A stretch of 64,000 nt of DNA from an uncultured Desulfobacter sp. (lineage in GTDB: Bacteria > Desulfobacterota > Desulfobacteria > Desulfobacterales > Desulfobacteraceae). The stretch spans positions 6,336,001 to 6,400,000 of the forward strand of contig OY762069.1 in NCBI GenBank assembly GCA_963665095.1, written 5' to 3'. The notes under the pieces were generated by a model. That model ran no database searches. It was given only the letters and a program-made list of their open reading frames with translations, and was not told the DNA's origin. The position numbers and the translations under genes were made by a program. Shown here in pieces: positions 19,179 through 27,993 of the stretch (its first letter is position 1; each line of letters begins with the position of its first letter).

Positions 19179-20171
19179 ATGACCCAACTGAATTCCAGAC
19201 AAAGCCCCCTGCTTGATATAAAGGATTTGAATGTACGATTTAAAACCCGGGATGGCCTGGCATACGCCCTGAACGGGGTCTCTTTGCAGCTTCATCAGGG
19301 AGAATTTATCGGCATTATCGGCGAGAGCGGCAGCGGCAAATCCCTGACCGCCATGTCTGTGATCCGCCTGATCCAGACCCCGCCGGGTATTATTACGGCC
19401 AACCGCCTCAATTATAACGGACTTGATATTTTAACGGCATCGGAAAAACAGATGCGAAGGATTCGGGGCAATGAGATTGCCATGGTCTTTCAGGATCCCA
19501 TGACCTGCCTCAATCCGGTTCTGACCATCGGGCTGCAGATGAAAGAGATCGTCAGTCTTCATATGGGGTTAAAAGGCGCTGCCCTGGAAAAGGCCTGTGT
19601 GCGCCTTCTGGAACAGGTGGGCATCTCTGCAGCCCAGAAGCGGATGAAAGCCTATCCCCATCAGATGAGCGGAGGCATGCGGCAGCGGGTAATGATTGCC
19701 ATGGCTATTTCCTGTAATCCTGCCATTCTTTTGGCAGACGAACCCACAACCGCTCTGGACGTTACCATCCAGGACCAGATCATCCGGCTGATACGCTCTC
19801 TGGCAAAAGAGATGAATATGGCCATGGTGCTGATTACCCACAATTTCGGGGCGGTGGCCGGCAGCGTGGACCGGGTGATTGTCATGTATGCCGGACGGAT
19901 TGTAGAATCCGGTACAACAGAAATGATTTTTCACTCTCCCAGGCATCCTTACACCCGGGCCCTTTTAAAATCCATTCCCAGCGTGGCTGGCCAGGGAAAC
20001 AGACGCCTGCATACCATACCGGGCCATCTGCCCAACCCCTTAAACCAGCCCAGGGGATGCAGTTTCATGCCCCGGTGTACCCAGGTTATGGATAAATGCA
20101 ATACAGCTGTTCCCCAATTACTTGAGACAGAAAGCGGACATCAGGCTGCCTGCTGGAGGTTACACCCATGA
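19179..20171 (+). CDS. ABC ATPase (DppD-like)
   Basis: GESGSGKS, SGGMRQR, DEPTTALD and C-terminal Cys cluster. Confidence 0.93.
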   Translation: MTQLNSRQSPLLDIKDLNVRFKTRDGLAYALNGVSLQLHQGEFIGIIGESGSGKSLTAMSVIRLIQTPPGIITANRLNYNGLDILTASEKQMRRIRGNEIAMVFQDPMTCLNPVLTIGLQMKEIVSLHMGLKGAALEKACVRLLEQVGISAAQKRMKAYPHQMSGGMRQRVMIAMAISCNPAILLADEPTTALDVTIQDQIIRLIRSLAKEMNMAMVLITHNFGAVAGSVDRVIVMYAGRIVESGTTEMIFHSPRHPYTRALLKSIPSVAGQGNRRLHTIPGHLPNPLNQPRGCSFMPRCTQVMDKCNTAVPQLLETESGHQAACWRLHP

Positions 20172-21148
20172 ACTCGGATACCTTGCTGAATGTGAAGGAT
20201 ATGAAGGTCCATTTCCCTGTGAAAGCCGGATTTCTTTCAAAGCAAAAACCCCAGGTAATCAAAGCGGTGGACGGGGTCACCTTCAGCCTTGAAAAAGGCG
20301 AAACCTTAGGCCTTGTGGGAGAGAGCGGCTGCGGCAAATCCACCACTGCCATGGGAATCCTGCAGCTTCACCGCCCGTCGTCCGGAACCGTCATGTTTCA
20401 GGACCGTGAATTGACACAGATGGACGAGGAGACCCTTCGGAAATACCGCCGGCATATGCAGATTATTTTCCAGGACCCCTATGCCTGTCTGAATCCGCGC
20501 ATGTCTGTTCTGAAAATCATTGAAGAGCCGTTGCGGGTTCACAAATTTTGTAAAACCAGAAAAGAGCAGCGACAGCGGGCTTTGGATCTGATGCAGGCGG
20601 TGGGCTTAAGTCCTTTGTATGCCAACCGGTATCCACACGAATTCAGCGGCGGCCAGCGCCAGCGCATCGGCGTGGCCAGGGCCCTGGCAGTCCAGCCGGA
20701 GTTCATTGTCTGTGATGAGCCCGTATCCGCCCTGGACGTCTCCATCCAGGCCCAGATCATCAATCTTTTAGAGGACCTGCGGGAGCAGTTCAACCTTACC
20801 TATTTATTCATTTCCCACGATTTGTCCGTGGTCAAACATATCTGCCACAGGGTGGCTGTGATGTACCTGGGTAAGATTGTGGAAACTGCGGGAAAAAAAC
20901 ACTTGTACGATAATCCTGCCCATCCCTATACCAGGGCACTTCTTTCCTCGGTTCCCATCCCGGATCCTGTGCTTGAGAAACAAAGGGTTTCCGATATTTT
21001 GAAAGGCGAAATACCAAGTCCCTTGTCCCCACCCCAGGGTTGTCACTTTCATCCCCGGTGTCCTGAAAGCCGCTCCATCTGTTCAACCCAAATGCCCGGG
21101 CTACGCAAAATTGCGCCAGGGCATTGGGCTGCCTGCCATATGGTCTAG
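20168..21148 (+). CDS. ABC ATPase (DppF-like)
   Basis: GESGCGKS, SGGQRQR, DEPVSALD; ATGA overlap with the previous gene. Confidence 0.93.
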   Translation: MNSDTLLNVKDMKVHFPVKAGFLSKQKPQVIKAVDGVTFSLEKGETLGLVGESGCGKSTTAMGILQLHRPSSGTVMFQDRELTQMDEETLRKYRRHMQIIFQDPYACLNPRMSVLKIIEEPLRVHKFCKTRKEQRQRALDLMQAVGLSPLYANRYPHEFSGGQRQRIGVARALAVQPEFIVCDEPVSALDVSIQAQIINLLEDLREQFNLTYLFISHDLSVVKHICHRVAVMYLGKIVETAGKKHLYDNPAHPYTRALLSSVPIPDPVLEKQRVSDILKGEIPSPLSPPQGCHFHPRCPESRSICSTQMPGLRKIAPGHWAACHMV

Positions 21149-21228
21149 GCCGTTTTCAATTGAAGCGGGTATCCTTTAAAAAAAAGGGCACCTGCGCGGT
21201 ATGGGCGCATCCGCGTCCCGGTCCCGGA

Positions 21229-21951
21229 TTACGACAGGATCTCTCCTTTTGACGATATTACGGTTGTTTTTAGTGGGATGGTAACGCCTGCCTTTTCCAT
21301 GGCCTTTTCAATAATTTTCGGCATACCCGAGCAGCAGGGCACTTCCATAACCACCACGGTGACGGACTTGATGCCGTCCCGGGCAAAGATCTGGGACAGC
21401 TTTTCCACATAGAGCGCGGTATCATCAAATTTGGGGCAGCCGATCATCACCGCCTTTCCGGTAAGGAAATCCCTGTGAAAGGAAGGATAGGCCACCGGCA
21501 CACAGTCCGCGGCAATGAGCAGATCCGTCCCTTTTAAAAACGGCGCTCCCGGTGGTATCAGCCGGATCTGCACGGGCCAGTGTCTAAGATTGGACGTCCC
21601 GCCTGACCCATGTTGGCCCGGTGTCCCTGCCGGGGACGGCCCGGCCATGGGAAGTATCTGAACCTGTGAGGAGGGACAGCCACAGGCCAGGGGCTTTTCT
21701 GATTCCTGTTGCTTTAGCATTTCATGCACGGCCTCTTCATCAAAGGCATCTGCCTCGCGCTCAACAATACGAAGCGCGTCTTTGGGGCACTCTCCTAAAC
21801 AGGCGCCTAACCCGTCGCAATATTTGTCGGCAACAACTTTTGCCTTACCATCTATGATCCGGATGGCCCCTTCGGCGCATGACGGCACACAGGCACCGCA
21901 GCCGTCGCATTTTTCCTGGTCTATTTCTATAATTTTACGGATCTGCTTCAT
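21229..21951 (-). CDS. 4Fe-4S dicluster protein of the type found next to hcp
   Basis: CDGCGACVPSC, CDGLGACLGEC, CGCP, WPVQ, ADC, GCPKFD, MEVPCC. Confidence 0.85.
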   Translation of the reverse strand: MKQIRKIIEIDQEKCDGCGACVPSCAEGAIRIIDGKAKVVADKYCDGLGACLGECPKDALRIVEREADAFDEEAVHEMLKQQESEKPLACGCPSSQVQILPMAGPSPAGTPGQHGSGGTSNLRHWPVQIRLIPPGAPFLKGTDLLIAADCVPVAYPSFHRDFLTGKAVMIGCPKFDDTALYVEKLSQIFARDGIKSVTVVVMEVPCCSGMPKIIEKAMEKAGVTIPLKTTVISSKGEILS

Positions 21952-22032
21952 GGCATCCCTCCTGTGTTCTATCCTTATATATCAGGCATGGCTGCCCGGA
22001 ACAAAAAGCTTTGGGCAGCGCACAACGTTCTT

Positions 22033-22095
22033 TTATTTTCCGGTGATGGTGCCGCCCTGGTTTTTGGCTGCTTCCTGGCATTGAAAACAAAACAT
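22033..22095 (-). pseudogene. hcp: hybrid cluster protein remnant (20 codons only)
   Basis: AGGAGG RBS, then [20 protein letters not shown], matching the Hcp N-terminus ([23 protein letters not shown] in Desulfovibrio); the third Cys position is GGC and the rest of the gene is absent. Confidence 0.85.
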
Positions 22096-22180
22096 GGTGA
22101 CGCCTCCTGTCCTAAACGTTGATATTATTTACTTCTCCTTACTTTTAAACCCAGACTATCATTGGCCCGAAATTAAAACC

Positions 22181-22194
22181 TTGATCTGGATCAA
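22181..22194. promoter_or_regulatory. Crp/Fnr-family (HcpR/Dnr/Fnr-type) binding site
   Basis: Perfect TTGAT-CTGG-ATCAA about 85 nt upstream of the hcp remnant. Confidence 0.8.
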
Positions 22195-22404
22195 GATGCA
22201 TAATTTTTTTTAAAGGAGGTGAAATTTTGAGGTCAGTAGAGATATTTCTATATTTTCAGTACAGGTCTTAAGCGTCTGGTACAGAAAAAAGAGACGAATT
22301 TAAAATTTTATGCAAATAATCAGGTGATTGGCATAACGAAAAGGGCTGGCCTTTAATCTTGTTCAGGGTTTTCCATGAAAAGAGCGGTTGATGTGGTGCT
22401 GTTT

Positions 22405-22599
22405 TCACGTCATATGTCCTTTAAATGCCTTTGTAAATGGATCACAAGGGTCATTGAACTGGGAAATAAGGCTGCTGCCATTTTCCACAAACCCAACGGA
22501 AAGCTCTTCATGGGAGTGCCTTCGTAGGGAAAATTCAGGGTCGATCCCGGTCTTGATTTCAATAAAGGGAAGACCGGGGGTTCTTTTTATCTGGGCCAT
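22405..22599 (-). pseudogene. truncated AraC-family regulator (N-terminal cupin fragment)
   Basis: MAQIKRTPGLPFIEIK..RRHSHEELSVGFVENGSS resembles AraC ligand-binding N-termini; stops at 64 aa with no HTH. Confidence 0.55.
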
Positions 22600-22610
22600 T
22601 ATCGCAGGAA

Positions 22611-23276
22611 TTACTTTATCACCGGGTGGCCTTGGCGAGCCCAGTCTTTTATGCCGTAGCGAAGGTTGTAGACCCGGGTAAAGCCGGCTCTCATCAAAAG
22701 GTGAGACGCCACGGTACTGCGGTTGCCGGTGGCGCATACCACCAGAACGGGCTCCTCTTCATTGCCTGCAAGCTGTTCCATTCGGGAAAAGAGTTCCTGT
22801 ACCGGAAGAAGTGTCGATCCTTCTATGTGGCCTGCGGCAAACTCCTGGGGTGTGCGGACATCCAGAATGAAGGGGCTGGACTCTTCGATTAGCCTTACGG
22901 CTTCTTCTGCCGTAACTTTTCTGTAGCCAGGACCTTCCAGCTCTATGACCTCGAGGGTGCCTTTCCGTTCCCCCAGGGTAAAGGCAAAGGTCCCGCTCTC
23001 TTTCACCTTTACGTAAGCTGTCTGCCCGGCCGGTCTGGGCATGGTGATATCTATGGAGAGATCCGGCACCTGGAAACGAAAAGAGCCACTCTGGGAAAAG
23101 TCAAAGACAATGTAGTCACCCCGGTAAACCGTAAACGCCAGGGGGTCGGGACCGGCATCCACGGACAGGCGGCGCAGTCCGTCTTTGAGTATTCCTGACA
23201 GGTTCCCTGCATCCTGTGCTGAAGTCCGGGTGAACAGCAGGGAAAGCAGAAGAGAAAACAGTGTTACTTTTTTCAT
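22611..23276 (-). CDS. exported rhodanese-domain protein with N-terminal beta (cupredoxin-like?) domain
   Basis: AAGGAG RBS, signal peptide MKKVTLFSLLLSLLFTRTSA, LDVRTPQEFAAGHIEG and active-site CATGNRS. Confidence 0.82.
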   Translation of the reverse strand: MKKVTLFSLLLSLLFTRTSAQDAGNLSGILKDGLRRLSVDAGPDPLAFTVYRGDYIVFDFSQSGSFRFQVPDLSIDITMPRPAGQTAYVKVKESGTFAFTLGERKGTLEVIELEGPGYRKVTAEEAVRLIEESSPFILDVRTPQEFAAGHIEGSTLLPVQELFSRMEQLAGNEEEPVLVVCATGNRSTVASHLLMRAGFTRVYNLRYGIKDWARQGHPVIK

Positions 23277-23599
23277 AGCAGGCTCCTTGTATTTTCTGTC
23301 TAAGAAACAAGGTAATACCTGAATTTCCGGTTGTCGAGTGCTCTTCTGCCTCCAATTCCCAGCTTGACGTATCTGTCCACCGTGGCCAGTTGCCAGATGC
23401 ATGGCCTGGAGGTTTATCCGGTCGGCAAAGTCATACATCATCTGGGCAACGGTGGCGATAGGCTGGCCGGTCCCGGGGGGCAAAGGTATGGAGGGTAATT
23501 GCCTGCCATTTCAGGTTAAGAATCTTTTTTAAGAAAATTAGCTGGTTATCCGTGTTTGCAACGGTGGCAAAGATTAGATTTTTTCCCGAATAGTTCCCC

Positions 23600-23628
23600 T
23601 TGACTTTAAATATTTCATATTTTATATC
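23600..23628 (+). promoter_or_regulatory. sigma70 promoter candidate
   Basis: TTGACT-N17-TATATC upstream of 23697. Confidence 0.5.
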
Positions 23629-23696
23629 GAAGCCTACGCGGAGGATGCAATTTCACAAAGCTGGCTGTTTTTCTTTTATATCCGGAGGGTAGAGGA

Positions 23697-25700
23697 ATGT
23701 ACAAACACTTGTTCAGCCCGATCACCATCAACAAACTTGAAATCAAAAACCGAATTGCCTATCCCTCACTGGGTTTGATGTATTCCCATGACGGTAAACT
23801 CAATGACCGATATATCCAGTTTTACCGGGAACGAGCCCGGGGCGGGGCCGGAATTGTTACCGTGGGACCGGTGGGAGTGGATTTTCTTGGCATTGGCGCA
23901 CTTGGTCTCTCCATAGCCAGAGATGAAGACATCCCTGACTTTGCGCACCTGGCGTCAGTCATTAAGAACGAAGGTGCCCGGTCCTGGGTGCAGCTGTTTC
24001 ATGCCGGTGCCTATTCCATACCGCTGCTCATCAACGGAGAACAGCCTTTGGCTCCGTCAGCTGTTTATTCCAATTATTCCAGAACAACGCCAAGGGAGAT
24101 GACCATTGACGATATTAAAAATACCCAGGAAAATTTTGCCAGGGCCGCTTTGCGGGTAAAGGAGGCCGGTTTTGACGGTGTGGAGGTTATCGGGTCCGCA
24201 GGCTATCTGTTGACGCAGTTTCTCTCTCCTTTAAAAAATCAGCGCACGGATGAATACGGCGGCAGCTTTGAGAACCGGTGCCGTTTTGCCAAAGAGTTGT
24301 TTCTCGGTGTGCGAAAAGCCGTGGGGCCGGATTATCCAATGACAGTGCGGATGGCAGGAAATGATTTTGTGCCCGGCTCCAACACGGATACAGAGACACC
24401 AAAAATCGCCAGAATGTACGCCGACTGTGGGGTCGACGCCATTAATGTGACCGGCGGGTGGCATGAATCACGCATTCCCCAGCTTCCCATGGAAACCCCG
24501 AGAAGCGTTTATGCCTTTCTGGCCCTGAACATCAAAAAAGAGGTCTCAGTTCCGGTGATGGCCTCCAACCGCATCACCACACCTGAAATTGCCGAACAGG
24601 TTATCCGTGACGGATACGCAGACATGGTCAACCTTGGCCGGGTGCTGATCGGTGATCCTGAGTGGCCCATTAAAGCGTTTGAGGGCCGGGCCGATGAAAT
24701 CCGACCCTGCGTGGCCTGCAACCAGGGGTGCACGGACCAGATTTTTTCAGCACAGCCGGTCTTTTGCATTGGCAATCCCCAGGCAGGATTTGAAGGGGAA
24801 CGGCAACTGGTCAAAACCAAGGCCCCTAAAAAAGTTATGGTTATCGGAGCTGGTGCCGCCGGCCTTGAAGCGGCTGTGACAGCCCATAAGATCGGTCATC
24901 AGGTGACACTGTTTGAAAAAGATGATGACATTGGCGGTCAACTCTGGATTGCAGGTGCTCCCCCGCATAAACAGGAACTTTTAGGTTATATCCGGTATTA
25001 TCGCGCCATGTTGAAAAAGTACGAAATTCCCCTCAGGCTAAAGACGGAAGTCACACCGGAGGTGATAACGGCTGAAAAACCCGACGCAATTATCCTGGCC
25101 GAGGGTGCGACGGCTTTGATACCGCCCATAGACGGGATTGATGATTCAAGTGTTATCAGTGCCTGGGATGTATTGCGCAACTCCCCGCTTCTCGGAAAAG
25201 AGGTTGCCGTTATCGGCGGGGGAGCCGTCGGCCTTGAAACGGCTTTGTTTGTTGCCCATAAAGGCACCCTGACCCCGGAAATCCTTCATTTCCTATTTAC
25301 CTACGAAGCACAGACTCCGGAGCGGCTGCGGGAACTGATGTTCAACGGGACTTCCAGAGTCACTGTCTTTGAAATGCTGCCCAAGGCGGGCAAGGATGTG
25401 GGTAAGTCCACCAAATGGGTACTAATGGGCAATCTGGAACGTTTTAATGTCAGGGTTATGACCAATACCAGGGTAACCGGAATTGCAAACGGCAACGTTA
25501 CGTATGTTTCCGATAATGGCACCCGTACCGCTAAATTTGATAATATCATCATCGCTTCCGGTTCACGCCCCGAAACAAAAATGACACAGAGTATTGCCGG
25601 GATGGGCATTCCTTATAAGACAGTGGGTGACTGCACCCAGGTCGGCAAACTCAATGACGCCATCCACGGTGGCTTCCTGGCGGCCCTGGAATTGCATTAA
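23697..25700 (+). CDS. fadH: NADH:flavin oxidoreductase / 2,4-dienoyl-CoA reductase (FadH-like)
   Basis: OYE barrel (ERARGGAG, QLFHAG, GYLLTQFLSP, NQRTDEYGGS), CVACNQGC..C 4Fe-4S motif, GAGAAG and GGGAVG Rossmann motifs. Confidence 0.85.
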   Translation: MYKHLFSPITINKLEIKNRIAYPSLGLMYSHDGKLNDRYIQFYRERARGGAGIVTVGPVGVDFLGIGALGLSIARDEDIPDFAHLASVIKNEGARSWVQLFHAGAYSIPLLINGEQPLAPSAVYSNYSRTTPREMTIDDIKNTQENFARAALRVKEAGFDGVEVIGSAGYLLTQFLSPLKNQRTDEYGGSFENRCRFAKELFLGVRKAVGPDYPMTVRMAGNDFVPGSNTDTETPKIARMYADCGVDAINVTGGWHESRIPQLPMETPRSVYAFLALNIKKEVSVPVMASNRITTPEIAEQVIRDGYADMVNLGRVLIGDPEWPIKAFEGRADEIRPCVACNQGCTDQIFSAQPVFCIGNPQAGFEGERQLVKTKAPKKVMVIGAGAAGLEAAVTAHKIGHQVTLFEKDDDIGGQLWIAGAPPHKQELLGYIRYYRAMLKKYEIPLRLKTEVTPEVITAEKPDAIILAEGATALIPPIDGIDDSSVISAWDVLRNSPLLGKEVAVIGGGAVGLETALFVAHKGTLTPEILHFLFTYEAQTPERLRELMFNGTSRVTVFEMLPKAGKDVGKSTKWVLMGNLERFNVRVMTNTRVTGIANGNVTYVSDNGTRTAKFDNIIIASGSRPETKMTQSIAGMGIPYKTVGDCTQVGKLNDAIHGGFLAALELH

Positions 25701-25806
25701 GCCAGTACCAACATATTGATTTCCCTTAGAGTCTTCTGTCGTTGTCCTGTTTCTCCTAAAGTTGCCCAGCACTGAATAAAGGGACATTCATCAGGCATAG
25801 CCGACC

Positions 25807-25847
25807 CTTCAAATCAGCGGTTCAAAGGCAGAACCGCTGATTTGAAG
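25807..25847 (+). terminator. terminator-like hairpin
   Basis: CTTCAAATCAGCGGTTC-AAAGGCA-GAACCGCTGATTTGAAG, 17-bp arms, T-run shortly after. Confidence 0.7.
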
Positions 25848-25918
25848 CCCTGGCTTTTTATATGGTGAAGTGAACAAGGTATCGCTTTAATATTAAGAAA
25901 AATTGGGGAGAAATTGGG

Positions 25919-27472
25919 ATGATAGAGTGCAGCAATGCAGACGTTATCAACAGTTCAAGAGCCCGATGCAGATCGTTAGGAATCAATTTAAAGGCAAAAC
26001 AGGCACCGATTGTATTTCAAAAAAAATCCAATTATTTAAATCTGCCGCGCATACGGCTGATTATAGAAGCGGCGAGCGCTTGCCTGTGCAGCCTGGAGCA
26101 CCGGAACGATCAATTTGATCATGCCATCACCGTGACTGATGAAAAGGGAACAATCATTTACATAAAAGGCACGGAAAACATGCTTGCGGAGGTGCGGACA
26201 TATGGTCTGGTTGTCGGTGGGCTCTGGGATGAACGCTCCATGGGCAATAATGCCATGGGAACCGCATTGGAACTTAACAGTCCCGTCTCCTTTGTCGGTG
26301 ATGAGCATGTTGTTGAAATTGCGAAAAATTATGGGTGTTCTGCCGCGCCGTTTTATGAATCCGATTCAGGTGAGCTGATGGGGTGTGTGAATATCAGCTG
26401 CAGGGCAAAAGATTTTCATACCAGCACAATGCTTGCCGTAATGGCGATAAGTGATTCCCTGCAGCAACGGCTTAAGCCCTCAATTCAGACATGTTTTGAT
26501 CCACAACGGCTTTCAGGTGATCGTTTAACCGGTACCCAGAGAAACTGCTGTGCTAAATATGTCAACAGATCACGGCAAATGCGGAAAATTTTTTCAAAGG
26601 CGCAGCGCGCGGCTCTTTTTGATTCAACAAAGATGATTTTAGGAGAGACCGGTGTTGGTAAGGAAGTTCTGGCAAAATTTATCCATGAAAGCAGTCCCCG
26701 TCGGGAACAGAAGTTTATTGCCGTCAATTGCGGTGCGATACCCCATGAATTGGTGGAAAGTGAGCTGTTCGGATATAATGGCGGCTCATTCACTGGGGCA
26801 AAGCGGGATGGCAGATCCGGGAAATTTGAGCGGGCAAACGGCGGAACGATCTTTCTGGATGAAATAGGCGAGATGCCGTATAACGCCCAGTCTAAACTGC
26901 TGCGGATTATTGAGGATAAAAAGTTAACCCGGCTGGGCGCCAACCGTCCCATACCTTTAGACGTACAAATCATCACCTCCACAAACCGCGACCTTAAACG
27001 TATGATCCAAGAAAAACTGTTCAGGGAAGACTTGTATTATAGGCTGAAAGTGGCGCAGTTTTGTATTCCTCCGTTAAGGGAAAGACCAGATGATATACCG
27101 ATACTGGTTCAGTATTTCCTTGAGACCATCGGCGTGAAACTCGGAATGCCAGTAAAAACCTTTTCACCGGAGGCAATGAAAGCCCTTGTTTCATATCATT
27201 GGCCGGGGAATATTCGGGAGCTGAAGCATATTATAGAAGAAGCCTGCATATTTTCCCAAAGTAACATAATTGATGTCGGGGAGCTGAATGAAGATATCCC
27301 CATATTGCAGTCTCACCCTCCGTTAGATGAAAAAGAGAGAATTATTGCTGAAATTGACCGGTGTAAGGGCAATAAGTCAAAGGCGGCTAAAAAATTAAAT
27401 ATTTCACGGGTGACGTTATATAGAAAAATGTCAAAATATGGTCTTTCGATCAAAAAAGGAAATGAATTGTAA
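25919..27472 (+). CDS. sigma-54-dependent activator, AcoR/AcxR-like (GAF + AAA+ + Fis HTH)
   Basis: GAF W.E..MGNNAMGTAL..EH..CSAAP; GETGVGKE, ESELFG..GSFTGA, FLDEIGE, FREDLYYRL, WPGNIREL; HTH NKSKAAKKLNISRVTLYRK. Confidence 0.9.
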   Translation: MIECSNADVINSSRARCRSLGINLKAKQAPIVFQKKSNYLNLPRIRLIIEAASACLCSLEHRNDQFDHAITVTDEKGTIIYIKGTENMLAEVRTYGLVVGGLWDERSMGNNAMGTALELNSPVSFVGDEHVVEIAKNYGCSAAPFYESDSGELMGCVNISCRAKDFHTSTMLAVMAISDSLQQRLKPSIQTCFDPQRLSGDRLTGTQRNCCAKYVNRSRQMRKIFSKAQRAALFDSTKMILGETGVGKEVLAKFIHESSPRREQKFIAVNCGAIPHELVESELFGYNGGSFTGAKRDGRSGKFERANGGTIFLDEIGEMPYNAQSKLLRIIEDKKLTRLGANRPIPLDVQIITSTNRDLKRMIQEKLFREDLYYRLKVAQFCIPPLRERPDDIPILVQYFLETIGVKLGMPVKTFSPEAMKALVSYHWPGNIRELKHIIEEACIFSQSNIIDVGELNEDIPILQSHPPLDEKERIIAEIDRCKGNKSKAAKKLNISRVTLYRKMSKYGLSIKKGNEL

Positions 27473-27504
27473 ACCGTCATCTGTAAACCGTTATTATATA
27501 GCGC

Positions 27505-27592
27505 CTGAACAAGAACCCCATGTTTGGTGTTTGGACGCAAGGTTGCCCAGATGCAGGGCGAAAGCAAAGCTTTAACCGCAAGCGTACTTCAG
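27505..27592. repeat. half copy of the palindromic intergenic repeat at 50388-50535
   Basis: About 85% identical by eye to 50388-50474; ends at the apex (GTACTTCAG) of the full element. Confidence 0.85.
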
Positions 27593-27854
27593 AATGCCGC
27601 GCATGTGTTTAACTCTCCATCAGCGTATCAAAAGACAAACAGCCCACTGTGATTATCCTCAAGTGTAACATGTGTAAAGTTCAGTGTTTCGCCGGGATGT
27701 AACATTTCGTGCATACCAGGGTCTGTTTTTGATTTTTTTTCATTTTATAATTTCAAATTAAAAAATAATAACCATTGGATATATGAAAATATAAGCTATT
27801 AAATCAATGGGATATGGTTATAAATAATCCGGGGATAAGGATGGGATAAAAAAG

Positions 27855-27870
27855 TGGCACAGATCATGTA
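27855..27870 (+). promoter_or_regulatory. sigma-54 promoter candidate
   Basis: TGGCAC-AGATC-ATGTA (good -24, variant -12) between the activator and the carboxylase genes; TGTAACA motifs at ~27664 and ~27698 and an AT-rich spacer lie upstream. Confidence 0.5.
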
Positions 27871-27993
27871 GTGTTGGACCTAATGCCGGTGGCCACGGTA
27901 AAGCCGCATTTATATTCGGAAATATTCTGACAGGTGATGCGTGCAGGTGTTCGTAAACTTCCAACCAAATAGAATGAGGAGGTAAGTTTCGTT

